Positions 1-10,055 of a stretch of 64,000 bases of DNA are shown here, in pieces; position 1 is the stretch's first letter, and the number at the start of each line of letters is the position of its first letter. The notes under the pieces are model-generated. The model made no database searches and was not told the origin of the DNA. It saw only the letters and a program-made list of their open reading frames with translations. The position numbers were made by a program, and so were the translations under genes. Source of the stretch: a virus; IMG/VR virus record IMGVR_UViG_3300046163_000090, positions 53,478-117,477 of that record; one strand, given 5' to 3'.

Positions 1-1
1 G

Positions 2-1354
2 TACGTTGCTGGGTTTTTTAGCTATCCAAATACAGCTATGGTAGCAACAAGAATAAACTCAAAAGATATGCCTCAAGCACCAAGGCGTGAATACTTTGTC
101 AAGGGTAAGATGGTTAAAGTTCCTAATGGGTATGCCCCAACTAATGGAAGTTTTTCTCAGGCTATTAATTCTCAATCTGAAACATTCTTTGGTGAAGAAG
201 TTAAGTGGACTAGTAATCCAGCATGGGTTATTTTTGACTTATTAACTAATCCTATTTACGGTTTAGGTAAATACGGAATAACTGAAGATCAAGTCGATAA
301 ATGGTCTTTTCTTGATTTTGCTAAAAGGGCAGATGAACCTGTAACTGTTTATATAGATGGGGTAGAGGCTCAAGAAAGAAGATATATGTGTAACCTGTAT
401 CTTGATACAGAAAAAGAAGCCTTTAGGTACATAAAAGAGTTAATGAATATATATGATGCTGATATTAATTTTAGTGGTGGAAAAATATACATTAGCACAG
501 ATAAACCCAGCGATCCCGTGATGCTGTTTAATAATGCTAATGTTAGTGAATCTGGCTTTTCTTACTCAACAATCCCTAAAACAAATAGAATTACTGCAGT
601 CACAGTTGATTATCTTGACGAAAGAGATAATTATATGCAAAAAACAGAGTACCTCGAAGAAGAGTCAGCTATAAGAGAGCACGGTTATTCCCATGCCAAA
701 ATAGCTGGTATAGGCATTACTAGAAAAGGTGAGGCTAATAGATTAGCTATGAGTAAACTTATGCAAAGTAAAATGGCTACAGAAGTAATTCAATTTACAG
801 TTGGATTGCACGGCGGATATCTCAGAATAGGTGATGTCGTAGAAGTGATGGATAACAATAAGATCTCGCAGCATTCTGGAGGTAGAATAATCTCAAGGAT
901 AAACAATCAGACTATCGAAATCGATGTTCCTACTGACGCAATTGCTGGTGCCCAAAAAATACAAATACAACAATACGCAGAATCGACAGAATCAACAACC
1001 ACAAGCGAAGGAGAAGAGGAAGAGGCAAGGCCAGCCCAATATCAAGAGTATAATATTTCACAAATGAATGGTTTCGAGATTACTATTCAGGGATCATTAC
1101 ACTCTTCCATTAAAAGTTCATACATATGGGTTGTTAAAGATTATAATGATTCCAATAACGACCCAATTCAGAGCAAGTTTTACAGAATTAAAGAAATTAA
1201 AGAATCTGAAGACTCGCAGTACTCTATAACCGCCTTACTTTATGACCCCCGCAAGTACGATTATGTTGATCAGGCTTCAGGAAGCTTAGATAATGAAGAC
1301 GAGTATATCGGACATCAAATAGGAACATCTCACCTCAAGGGAACAGCTCCGTGA
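2..1354 (+). CDS. tail tip / host-specificity protein J-like (5'-truncated by window edge)
   Basis: Frame is open from base 2 (YVAGFFSYPNTAM). YPNTA, WTSNPAWVIFDLLTNPIYGLG and RYMCNLYLD motifs are typical of lambda gpJ-like tail tip proteins. Confidence 0.85.
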   Translation, partial: YVAGFFSYPNTAMVATRINSKDMPQAPRREYFVKGKMVKVPNGYAPTNGSFSQAINSQSETFFGEEVKWTSNPAWVIFDLLTNPIYGLGKYGITEDQVDKWSFLDFAKRADEPVTVYIDGVEAQERRYMCNLYLDTEKEAFRYIKELMNIYDADINFSGGKIYISTDKPSDPVMLFNNANVSESGFSYSTIPKTNRITAVTVDYLDERDNYMQKTEYLEEESAIREHGYSHAKIAGIGITRKGEANRLAMSKLMQSKMATEVIQFTVGLHGGYLRIGDVVEVMDNNKISQHSGGRIISRINNQTIEIDVPTDAIAGAQKIQIQQYAESTESTTTSEGEEEEARPAQYQEYNISQMNGFEITIQGSLHSSIKSSYIWVVKDYNDSNNDPIQSKFYRIKEIKESEDSQYSITALLYDPRKYDYVDQASGSLDNEDEYIGHQIGTSHLKGTAP

Positions 1355-3636
1355 CAGACATTCTTCCAAATACAGGACAAGTGAACCTTACCTGGCCTTC
1401 TGCTTCAAACATTGAAGGTTACTCTGTTGATATAATTAGTAATAATTTTTTGCTAGATACAATTAGGACCACGGGAACCAATTATGTAGCTTCTGGTTTG
1501 TTCGAAGGGGATATTGTAATAGGTGAAATTCACACTGTTCTTGGTGGTAGAGTTTCTAATGTACTATATCACAGAACTTCAGGGCAAACAGTTGACCGCT
1601 ATAATTTTAACGACGATAATACTGGTTTGTTTTTTGATTCTCTTCTTTTAAATGAATCTACTTTCCCGATATATAATAGCTCTATTGATTCTGACATAAT
1701 TTATGCAAATGAATTTAACAGAGTTCGCTTAAATGTCAAATCTCCAAGAGATAACGAAATTATTAATACTTTTACCGATGAACCTTTTTTCAGTGGACTA
1801 ACTTATGAATTGTATAATAATTCAGGAACCTTTGCTTCTGGGTCACTTGATTCTTTTTCTTTTGTTTTTAATGATAGTTTTCATCAACCCTCTTTAACTG
1901 GCAAGTTTATAGCCTACGATTTTCACGGGGGTTCTGCAACTGGATTATCTTCTTTCAAAGTTCAGCCTACAGAAATATCTTCAGTTTCGATCATTTCTAA
2001 TTCAGGCAATTCAGTTAATGTTCAACCTGTCTATAAAAGATCTCCGTTTGCAGTTAATTATTATTTGTATAGCGGCCTTAATGATGTTGATGCTTTTTTT
2101 AGTGGAAGTAGCAGTAGTCCAAATAATTTTTCTTTCTCAGCTCCTTCGGGAACCTCTGGGTACTTAGGTATTGATTTTATTGATTGGAATGAATCTACCC
2201 CAGAGTATAGAAGTTCTCAAATTTTAAATCCAAACTTTATTCAGTCTCCAGATCTAGAGCCTCAAAATTCAATTTTATACTTTGCTGTAAGTAGTACGGA
2301 TAGTGGTATTTTTAATATAGAATCTAGTAGAAGTAATTTAAACTCATCTGGATCTTTTTTTAAATTATCGATTGATAGCGATAGCGGTTCAAGTTTTGAC
2401 TCTAATTCGTACTATACTGGTCAGTTTAATGAAGACTTTACTTTAGACTTTGATTATTTTAATAACAGAACTGGCAACCATGAAGACTTTTATTTCAATC
2501 TAGAATTATATAAAAGTGGCTCATTAATTCAAGAAGACAGCTCTTTATTTATTGAGAGACTGCCTCAGAATCAATTTAATGATATTCAGTTTAAATATAA
2601 TTATGCTTCTGGTTATGCTTATTTTGATATTAATTCAACACCAAATTATTCCTTTAGCGGTATAGATATTTTATACTCAGGTAATAATTATACTGGTTAT
2701 AAATTTTATTCTGGAGAAGAGATTCATTGTGAATACCCCAATCCAGAGTTTAATATTAAAATGGTTTCTGCGGCTAGTAGTGCAACTATATATGAAAAAT
2801 CTTTTACTGGCCTAGCTGCTACACCTCAAGTTAAATTCAAAGATGTTCCTTTCCAAGTTCCTGAAGGTACTGTTAATTTTGGTATATCTAATGCAACTGC
2901 TACAAATAATATTAATCATATTAGGGTATACAGAAAGCCTGCCGTAGTTTTACTTGGAGGAGATTTAGGTCCACATGTTTCGTCAGGTCTTAATTTTAAT
3001 GACTATGAAGAATACCCGTATACTGAAGAACCTGTTGACTTCTATTCCTCATTTCCACCTCTAGATATTACTGAGACAGCTAATTATCAGACTACTGGAG
3101 TAGGTTACACTGGTACATATGCAAGTGGTCGATTTTATCTTTATAAAATTGTTCCAGAAAATGGTTTTGGTACAGGTATTGCAGCTGAAGGTTCTTATGA
3201 CTTTCCATCTAATACTTTAACTTTACTGGAGCACACAAAGCAGGTGGGATCAGCTATACAACTTGATCAAACAGTAAGTGATGTAGGCACAATAGAATCA
3301 AATGTAAACAGCATTGAATATGCTGTATCTGGATTATTGGAAGACTCTGTTTATATTACAGGCACTCAATTTATATCTGGAGAAAAGCATTTTCAAAGCT
3401 CAATATTTATTACTGGCAATGGAGAGAATATTTATTGCAATGAGCCCACCACTGGACTGCATGCTGTAAATAAAGATTACCTAGAGTCGACCATCTCTGG
3501 CCTGCAAAGCGAAATTAATTATTTGCAATCTGAATTATTACTCCTGAAATCAATAGTTATCCCAACTCCAACCACCACAATAACTCCATCTATTACGGTA
3601 ACTCCAACTGTCACCATTACACCTAGCCAACCATGA
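1351..3636 (+). CDS. putative tail/virion structural protein with C-terminal Thr/Pro-rich tail
   Basis: 761 aa, Ser/Gly/Asn-rich, overlaps the gpJ-like stop (GTGA). Has the fibre-like motifs QFISGEKHF and HAVNKDYL and ends in PTPTTTITPS repeats. Confidence 0.6.
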   Translation: MTDILPNTGQVNLTWPSASNIEGYSVDIISNNFLLDTIRTTGTNYVASGLFEGDIVIGEIHTVLGGRVSNVLYHRTSGQTVDRYNFNDDNTGLFFDSLLLNESTFPIYNSSIDSDIIYANEFNRVRLNVKSPRDNEIINTFTDEPFFSGLTYELYNNSGTFASGSLDSFSFVFNDSFHQPSLTGKFIAYDFHGGSATGLSSFKVQPTEISSVSIISNSGNSVNVQPVYKRSPFAVNYYLYSGLNDVDAFFSGSSSSPNNFSFSAPSGTSGYLGIDFIDWNESTPEYRSSQILNPNFIQSPDLEPQNSILYFAVSSTDSGIFNIESSRSNLNSSGSFFKLSIDSDSGSSFDSNSYYTGQFNEDFTLDFDYFNNRTGNHEDFYFNLELYKSGSLIQEDSSLFIERLPQNQFNDIQFKYNYASGYAYFDINSTPNYSFSGIDILYSGNNYTGYKFYSGEEIHCEYPNPEFNIKMVSAASSATIYEKSFTGLAATPQVKFKDVPFQVPEGTVNFGISNATATNNINHIRVYRKPAVVLLGGDLGPHVSSGLNFNDYEEYPYTEEPVDFYSSFPPLDITETANYQTTGVGYTGTYASGRFYLYKIVPENGFGTGIAAEGSYDFPSNTLTLLEHTKQVGSAIQLDQTVSDVGTIESNVNSIEYAVSGLLEDSVYITGTQFISGEKHFQSSIFITGNGENIYCNEPTTGLHAVNKDYLESTISGLQSEINYLQSELLLLKSIVIPTPTTTITPSITVTPTVTITPSQP

Positions 3637-3995
3637 AACAATTAGACACAGAACAAGATCGCCGATTTTTTAAGAGGTTATGCAAAATTTTTACAGAAGT
3701 TGATACCGAAGCTCAAAAAAAAGCTGAAGAATCTAGAGATGAATTTGCGAAAGGAATTAATGGCATGCTTAAAGATGTTGATCTTGGTAACCTACCTAAA
3801 ATTAGCGAATCTTATGATCACCTTATAAAAGTTGAAGAGGAGACAGGTTTACATATTCCAGCCGTAACATTTTTAGAAAATTTTTTAGAGGAATCCGCTA
3901 ATGATGAAGAAAGCATAAAGCTTAAAAATTTTTATTTTAAGGTTAAAAAGAAATACATTGAGCACGAAGAATCTGAAGATATAAACAATTTCTAG
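3633..3995 (+). CDS. hypothetical protein
   Basis: 120-aa ORF coupled to the previous gene by an ATGA overlap. Confidence 0.7.
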   Translation: MKQLDTEQDRRFFKRLCKIFTEVDTEAQKKAEESRDEFAKGINGMLKDVDLGNLPKISESYDHLIKVEEETGLHIPAVTFLENFLEESANDEESIKLKNFYFKVKKKYIEHEESEDINNF

Positions 3996-4029
3996 AGCCC
4001 TCACCCTAATCATAAGTGTATACTTATGT

Positions 4030-5067
4030 ATGGATATATTGCTTACTGCAACACTGAACCGCAGCCTTTTTGTAAATGGGCTAAATCAAAATATAATATT
4101 CTTATCTGAAATGCTTAAGGATATGGGTCACAATGTTTCTATTTGCGTCAATCATAAAGTTGAGGATTGTATAGATCCTCCTTTAGGTATATTGATTATG
4201 GAGGAGCAAGAAATGAAAGAGTATGCTTTTGATTTCATACTTCAAGCGGGGTTTCAACTTAAAGGTGAAACGATTACTCATGCTAAATTAAGGAATCGCA
4301 AAGTCAAAAATATTCATGTTCATTATGGAAATAGATTAATGGCAGATATTGAAAATTGTAATTCAAGTAAAACTGTTTCTCCATCTTCTCATATGGTAGA
4401 CGAATGTTGGATTTCGCCTCACTATGCATTCTCAATACCATATCTTGAAATTTACTACAACACAGACCAAGTAAAGGTTATCCCATATATATGGGAGCCT
4501 AAATACATACTTGATGTTAGATCTTATAGCCCTGAAGATAAAAAAAACATAGGTATTACCGAACCTAATATCAGCTTTACTAAAAACTGCTTGCTCCCTA
4601 TTTTTTTAACTGAGAGAACTTTTAGAAAAGATCCCAAATCATTTAATCAATTACAGGTACATTGCTCTCTTCAGTTCACTGATAAGGCAATGTTTATAAG
4701 TTTAATGAAAAAACTTTCAATGGATCTTGCTGGCAAGATAGTATTCGGTCCACGTCAACCTATAAAAGATGTATTAAATAACTGCAATGTAATTGTGTCT
4801 CATCAACTATACAATGGATTAAATTACACATATCTCGAAGCTTTTTATTTAGGTATTCCTGTCATTCATAACTCTTCTTATATGAAAGACGTAGGTTATT
4901 ATTATAATGATTTTGAAATCGATGAGGGTTCTGAGCAACTATATAAAGCTCTTTTAACTCACGATGATTATCTGGATGAGTACAAAATCAAATCATCTAA
5001 AGCTCTCGAAAGATTTTCTCCTAATAATCCCAGTGTTAGAAATAGATACCAAAGCATACTGTCATGA
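4030..5067 (+). CDS. DUF2827-like putative glycosyltransferase
   Basis: N-terminal LFVNGLNQN, WISPH, PYIWEP and C-terminal SHQLYNGLNYTYLEAFYLGIPVIHNS..GYYY motifs. Confidence 0.75.
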   Translation: MDILLTATLNRSLFVNGLNQNIIFLSEMLKDMGHNVSICVNHKVEDCIDPPLGILIMEEQEMKEYAFDFILQAGFQLKGETITHAKLRNRKVKNIHVHYGNRLMADIENCNSSKTVSPSSHMVDECWISPHYAFSIPYLEIYYNTDQVKVIPYIWEPKYILDVRSYSPEDKKNIGITEPNISFTKNCLLPIFLTERTFRKDPKSFNQLQVHCSLQFTDKAMFISLMKKLSMDLAGKIVFGPRQPIKDVLNNCNVIVSHQLYNGLNYTYLEAFYLGIPVIHNSSYMKDVGYYYNDFEIDEGSEQLYKALLTHDDYLDEYKIKSSKALERFSPNNPSVRNRYQSILS

Positions 5068-6176
5068 AAATCGGAATTACTTTAAATATGTCGCAGAGTT
5101 TTTGGTCTAATGGCTTAAATCAAAATGTTAAAATGCTCGTAGATTTACTGAAAAGGCTTGGTCATACAGTATACTATATCACAAATAGCGAAATAAATAA
5201 AAAACAATTTAATTTTAAATTTAATTCAATTGATTTAAAAACCCTTCAGCATGGCAAAGGTCCAAACTTGGATATTTTGATTTCTGCTGGCTTTGAGTTT
5301 CATGTTAATACTCTAGAGTTACTAAAAAATAAAAACAACAATCTAAAAATAATTCTTCTTCAATTAGGTAATAAGGTTATGTTTGATATGAGTTATTTAC
5401 TTTTTGAAAAAAGAGAGCAAAACTTTGAACTCAATACCGTTGAATCAATGAGTCGCTTTATTGATGCTGTATGGATCTCGCCGCATCACTCTTTTGGTGC
5501 CGAATATGTAAAAATAGCTTACGGTTGCGAGAATCTAAAGGTTGCTCCTTTTATATGGGATCCTTGTTTTATTCAGAGTAAAATTGCAGATCTAAAAAAG
5601 AAAGGTAGAAGTCCATTTTTTGACCCCGCTAAAGTGAATACAGTGCAGATATTTGAGTCCAATAGCATTATTAATAAGCACATGCTTATTCCCTTTTCGA
5701 TTTCTCAGAAGTTTGAGTTAGATTTTCCAAACACATTAAGTAAAATTAATATTTTTTGTTGTACAAAAATAAGACACCAAACATACTTTAAAACCTGGAT
5801 GAGTGCATTTGAAATAGTTCGCAGGAAAAACTTTGTATTTTTTAATGACAGATGGAACTCTCTTGATGCTTTAGCTAATTTCGGTGGAGTAGTAGTTTCT
5901 CATCACTACGACAATGATTTAAATTATGCTCATTTAGAAGCTTTATATATGGGCATACCTTTAGTTCATAATTCAGAAACCCTTTGTGATCATGGGTATT
6001 TCTATCCAAAATTTGATATTTCCATGGGTTCAAATCAACTGTATTCAGCAATTAATAATCATGAACAAGTTCACGATGAATATATGTCTACCGCTAGAGA
6101 ATTTATTAAAAATACTTTTAGCCCTTATAATGATCATATAATGAATACATATCAAAAAATGATAGAAGATGTCTAA
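5064..6176 (+). CDS. DUF2827-like putative glycosyltransferase (paralog of 4030..5067)
   Basis: WSNGLNQN, WISPH, PFIWDP and SHHYDNDLNYAHLEALYMGIPLVHNS..GYFY motifs. Confidence 0.75.
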   Translation: MKIGITLNMSQSFWSNGLNQNVKMLVDLLKRLGHTVYYITNSEINKKQFNFKFNSIDLKTLQHGKGPNLDILISAGFEFHVNTLELLKNKNNNLKIILLQLGNKVMFDMSYLLFEKREQNFELNTVESMSRFIDAVWISPHHSFGAEYVKIAYGCENLKVAPFIWDPCFIQSKIADLKKKGRSPFFDPAKVNTVQIFESNSIINKHMLIPFSISQKFELDFPNTLSKINIFCCTKIRHQTYFKTWMSAFEIVRRKNFVFFNDRWNSLDALANFGGVVVSHHYDNDLNYAHLEALYMGIPLVHNSETLCDHGYFYPKFDISMGSNQLYSAINNHEQVHDEYMSTAREFIKNTFSPYNDHIMNTYQKMIEDV

Positions 6177-6993
6177 AAACTTCAAAGCTAGCTATGTAGA
6201 TCAAAATTTTAAAAATAAACAGCAATCGTTTATTCGACTTTCTATTCTTTGGAACCATTTTCTATATAGACCAGAAGATCATACTGAAAAAACTGTTCCT
6301 GCGGTTGATTGGTTGAGTTACTGTGATAAACACATCCATCACCCAAAGCCAGACGAAAGTATATTTACTTGCTATAATGGATGCAAGGATATTGCTATTG
6401 TGATGATGTATACTCCAGAAATATATGACTTCGCCGTGCATTCAGAAAAGAGCATTCAACAGTATGCTGAATATCAGGGTTATACTCTCTATGTATACAG
6501 AGATAACTTAGATAAATCTCAACACCCAAATTGGTCTAAACCTCAAGCTTTATTAAATCATATGAGCCACCATAGCCACATTATATGGATGGATTCAGAT
6601 ACTTTAATATTTAATCCAGAAAAAAAACTAGAGTCAATTATAGAAAAAGCTCCAAAGAAATTCATACTTGCAACAAAAGATATCGGCGATCATTGCATGC
6701 TAAATAGCGGGGTATTAATATTTAAGTCCCATAATTATACTAAAAACTTAATCACAAAATGGCGCGATTTTAATGGAGACAAATCCTCGCTATACGCAAG
6801 CGGCGGAGATCAAGAGATATTTTGCGAGATTTTAAGAAAAAGCGATAGTTTTGGTTTTAATAGGAAAATATTTGAAATGAACGAATTTAATACCGATCCT
6901 AGATTAGTAAATAAAGACACATTTATATTACACTTTATGGCCTACCCAGATCCTCTTAAAAAAATCTTTATGTCATACTGGCATTCAAAATAA
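6169..6993 (+). CDS. GT34 (GMA12/MNN10-like) glycosyltransferase
   Basis: YAEYQGY, PNWSK, IWMDSD (DxD), LNSGV, DQ and FILHF motifs. Confidence 0.8.
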   Translation: MSKNFKASYVDQNFKNKQQSFIRLSILWNHFLYRPEDHTEKTVPAVDWLSYCDKHIHHPKPDESIFTCYNGCKDIAIVMMYTPEIYDFAVHSEKSIQQYAEYQGYTLYVYRDNLDKSQHPNWSKPQALLNHMSHHSHIIWMDSDTLIFNPEKKLESIIEKAPKKFILATKDIGDHCMLNSGVLIFKSHNYTKNLITKWRDFNGDKSSLYASGGDQEIFCEILRKSDSFGFNRKIFEMNEFNTDPRLVNKDTFILHFMAYPDPLKKIFMSYWHSK

Positions 6994-7039
6994 TTAAAAA
7001 AAAATTTCACAAAATTAAATTTTTGTTGTAACATAAGGT

Positions 7040-7930
7040 ATGGCAAAGATATTCTCTGTTGAGAAATTATCTATTAATGGCGATAATATTCGCCTTAAAT
7101 CGTCAGGCGCTGACAAGTTTGAAATTACAGACTCGAATGACAGCGTCCTTATGAGTAAAGCTTCCATTGAAACCGATGTTGACAGCCTTAACTCTCAAGA
7201 CTCCACAAACCTCGCCTCAGTTAACTCTTCGATTGAAAGTTTGTCTACTCTTGAAGCTGCTGACGTATCCGCATTAGATGCTGACGTTCTTAGCCTTAAC
7301 GCTCAAGACTCCACAAACCTCGCCGCAGTTAACTCTTCGATTGAAAGTTTGTCTACTCTTGAAGCTAATGACGTATCCGCATTAGATGCTGACGTTCTTA
7401 GCCTTAACGCTCAAGACTCCACAAACCTCGCCGCAGTTAACTCTTCGATTGAAAGTTTGTCTACTCTTGAAGCTAATGACGTATCCGCATTAGATGCTGA
7501 CGTTCTTAGCCTTAACGCTCAAGACTCCACAAACCTCGCCGCAGTTAACTCTTCGATTGAAAGTTTGTCTACTCTTGAAGCTAATGACGTATCCGCATTA
7601 GATGCTGACGTTCTTAGCCTTAACACTCAAGACTCCGCAAACCTCGCCACAGTTAACTCTTCGATTGCAAGCATAGCTAGTTTGGTTGGTGATAATGATG
7701 TGGTTGCGATATCTACGGATCTTCTTACATCAGACAACGATTCTAAAACAATTAGTTTTGGTCGTACTTTTGATTCTGCTCCTACAGTTACAGCATCTAT
7801 GCAAGCTGGAGCAACAGATCCAATTATTGGAGTTCAAATCAGTGCTATCAGCACAACTGAATGTACTCTTCAGTTCTCCGATGATATTCCTAACGGAAAT
7901 TATAAAGTTAAAATCTTAGCTTCCATATAA
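7040..7930 (+). CDS. fibre-like virion protein: repetitive coiled-coil stalk plus C-terminal beta-rich tip domain
   Basis: Over four 36-aa repeats followed by ISFGRTFDSAPTVTAS..DPIIGVQI..QFSDDIPNGNY. Has its own terminator. Confidence 0.65.
   Translation: MAKIFSVEKLSINGDNIRLKSSGADKFEITDSNDSVLMSKASIETDVDSLNSQDSTNLASVNSSIESLSTLEAADVSALDADVLSLNAQDSTNLAAVNSSIESLSTLEANDVSALDADVLSLNAQDSTNLAAVNSSIESLSTLEANDVSALDADVLSLNAQDSTNLAAVNSSIESLSTLEANDVSALDADVLSLNTQDSANLATVNSSIASIASLVGDNDVVAISTDLLTSDNDSKTISFGRTFDSAPTVTASMQAGATDPIIGVQISAISTTECTLQFSDDIPNGNYKVKILASI
7184..7668 (+). repeat. 108-bp in-frame tandem repeat (4 full copies plus a partial)
   Basis: AGCCTTAAC anchor recurs at 7184, 7292, 7400, 7508 and 7616; copies are near-identical. 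Confidence 0.95.
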
Positions 7931-7955
7931 TTCGAAAGGAATTAATTCTTAACCT

Positions 7956-7984
7956 AGGTAGCCCTTTCGGGGGCTACCTTTTTT
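7956..7984 (+). terminator. Rho-independent terminator
   Basis: AGGTAGCCCT-TTCG-GGGGCTACCT hairpin followed by a T-run. Confidence 0.9.
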
Positions 7985-8000
7985 ATGTGTAAAATATATT

Positions 8001-8678
8001 ATGGACGACTGGACCGATCTTTTTAAAAAAAGACAAAAAGATGAACTCGGGGCTTATATTCCTGAAAATGCTCGATTTAAAGAATCTAGTGAAATTTCAA
8101 GTGAAGTAAACGAAGAGGCTCACAAAAAAGCTTTAGATAAAAAATTTAAAAAACTTAAACATCAAATATCTTATTTGGATATAGAGTTAGAGGATGTTAC
8201 TGTAAATTTCAAACACGCACAAAAGACTTTTATACAAACAATGTTTGAATACTGTTCTCGAAAAAAAATACATTCTCCGTTTGAATCTTGTGAATCTAAA
8301 GTAGAAAAAAATAATGATAGCCCTGAACAAATAAAAGATTTATATAGAGAAATTGCAAAAATTACTCACCCAGATAAAAATCGTGATTTATCTGATGAAG
8401 AATCAGAGTATATGGCGAACCTATATTACGAAGCTAGCGAGGGCAAAACTTCTGGAGATTTTCACAAAATCTTAAGTGTTGCAATGGATTTAAATATAGA
8501 AATCCAAAACATTAATCCAGAGATACTAGATACTATGCATTCTGAAATTAAAAAGATGAAGAAAAAAATATCAAAAATGAAAAATGATATTATGTATAAA
8601 TGGTTTTATGCAGATGAAAATCAACAACAAAAGATATTTGAAACTATTACTAAAGACTGTAAACTTATTAATCAATAA
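8001..8678 (+). CDS. J-domain (DnaJ-like) protein
   Basis: LYREIAKITHPDKN with the HPD motif, flanked by coiled coils. Confidence 0.8.
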   Translation: MDDWTDLFKKRQKDELGAYIPENARFKESSEISSEVNEEAHKKALDKKFKKLKHQISYLDIELEDVTVNFKHAQKTFIQTMFEYCSRKKIHSPFESCESKVEKNNDSPEQIKDLYREIAKITHPDKNRDLSDEESEYMANLYYEASEGKTSGDFHKILSVAMDLNIEIQNINPEILDTMHSEIKKMKKKISKMKNDIMYKWFYADENQQQKIFETITKDCKLINQ

Positions 8679-9564
8679 TAAATGCCGCAACTTCTAAAGC
8701 GTAGTTGTTTGATGGTAATCTAGATGAAAATACAAATTTAGCTCCATTTAATCCAACTGCACCTTCAAGCCTATAAGCCACAATCGGATCTTCTTCATTC
8801 CTACTTCTAAGAGTAGCTAATACGGTTGGAGTAGTTTCTGGATTGTAAGAGTTGGACCAATCTACGAATAGTTCGTCTTGTCCTTGAGGTATAATAATAG
8901 TCTCAGCGAATCCGTTTATTTTGCTTGCCGATATATCTAGCTTTACTGCATCAATTTGTTCTTGAATTGAATCTAATTGAGTTAATACTTCCTTGAGATC
9001 TTCAACCTCTTGAGCTAAATCTTTGCTTTCCTGCATTTGATAGTTTGCATCTTCTACGCCGCCATCTACACCAGCCACTTGTAAAGGTAATGATCCATAC
9101 ATGTTATATGAATGCACCATTTTTTCAAGTAAAGCCATTGCGTCCCTAGATGAATCTTGGAATATTTTAGCTGAAGTATTTTTAGATGTAGATGTTGCTA
9201 TAGATCTTCTAATTGAGGTGTCACCCTCTCTAAGCTCTACCCAGTCTGTGACCCCATCTGTTGTAGTTGTTGTTGATGAAGTGGTTGTCGCATTTCTGAG
9301 AACATTCCTGGCTTGCTTTTGCATATAATCCTTAAGATACAGCTGTGTGAAGATCGCTTTTTCTTCATACTGCAATGCGGGTTGAACTTCGTCCTTTATT
9401 TTATTTAAATGAAAATCTGTATTCAATAAAGTATTAATTTGCCCAAGATTAACATCAAGGTAACCTGAGATCAGGAGAGCATTCCTTTCTCTTTCTAGAG
9501 ATGAAGAATGATCCCCGAACTCAATGTCCCATATATGATATGCTAGCTCGCCGAGCTGATTCAT
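8668..9564 (-). CDS. putative head-tail adaptor/neck protein with fused C-terminal fibre-tip-like domain
   Basis: Lies two genes downstream of the major capsid gene. Has a WVELREGDTSIRR motif, and its C-terminus resembles that of 7040..7930. Confidence 0.5.
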   Translation of the reverse strand: MNQLGELAYHIWDIEFGDHSSSLERERNALLISGYLDVNLGQINTLLNTDFHLNKIKDEVQPALQYEEKAIFTQLYLKDYMQKQARNVLRNATTTSSTTTTTDGVTDWVELREGDTSIRRSIATSTSKNTSAKIFQDSSRDAMALLEKMVHSYNMYGSLPLQVAGVDGGVEDANYQMQESKDLAQEVEDLKEVLTQLDSIQEQIDAVKLDISASKINGFAETIIIPQGQDELFVDWSNSYNPETTPTVLATLRSRNEEDPIVAYRLEGAVGLNGAKFVFSSRLPSNNYALEVAAFIID

Positions 9565-9950
9565 TATTCGTTAATAATTCTTAGTATTTCTTCAGCTTTT
9601 TTTGATTTTGGATCAACAATAGGCTTAGATGATGTGCTTGCGCCGTACCTACCATTAGTCCTATTTTCGTACTCTTTAATTAATTTGTTTTTTAGAGTTG
9701 TTTTTGTTCCAGAAGGAAATACTCCAGCTTGCACTGCAATTTCCTGAAGCTGCGAGAGTCCCATAGTGGAAACTGCATCCTCAAAGCTCTCTCCGCTAGC
9801 CAATTGAAATGGATCCCTCTTGCTAACTGACATTAATTCTTCTACTGTTTTTGCAACATCTTTACGATTATCTGCTTTTTTACCATCTGCATACTGCATT
9901 GGCTTCTTTGTAGAAGTTTTTTTAGTTGTTTTCTTTTTACTTGTTGCCAT
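9564..9950 (-). CDS. hypothetical basic protein (head module)
   Basis: 128 aa with a Lys-rich N-terminus; GTGTA motif upstream. Confidence 0.7.
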   Translation of the reverse strand: MATSKKKTTKKTSTKKPMQYADGKKADNRKDVAKTVEELMSVSKRDPFQLASGESFEDAVSTMGLSQLQEIAVQAGVFPSGTKTTLKNKLIKEYENRTNGRYGASTSSKPIVDPKSKKAEEILRIINE

Positions 9951-10001
9951 AATAAACCTTACATTTTAAAGTTGTATACACATATAATATGCTTAATAAA
10001 C

Positions 10002-10030
10002 AAAAAATCCACCGAAAAGGTGGATTTTTT
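10002..10030. terminator. bidirectional intrinsic terminator after the major capsid gene
   Basis: AAAAAATCCACC-GAAAA-GGTGGATTTTTT. Confidence 0.9.
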
Positions 10031-10055
10031 GATAAAGAATATTGATTGCAATATC

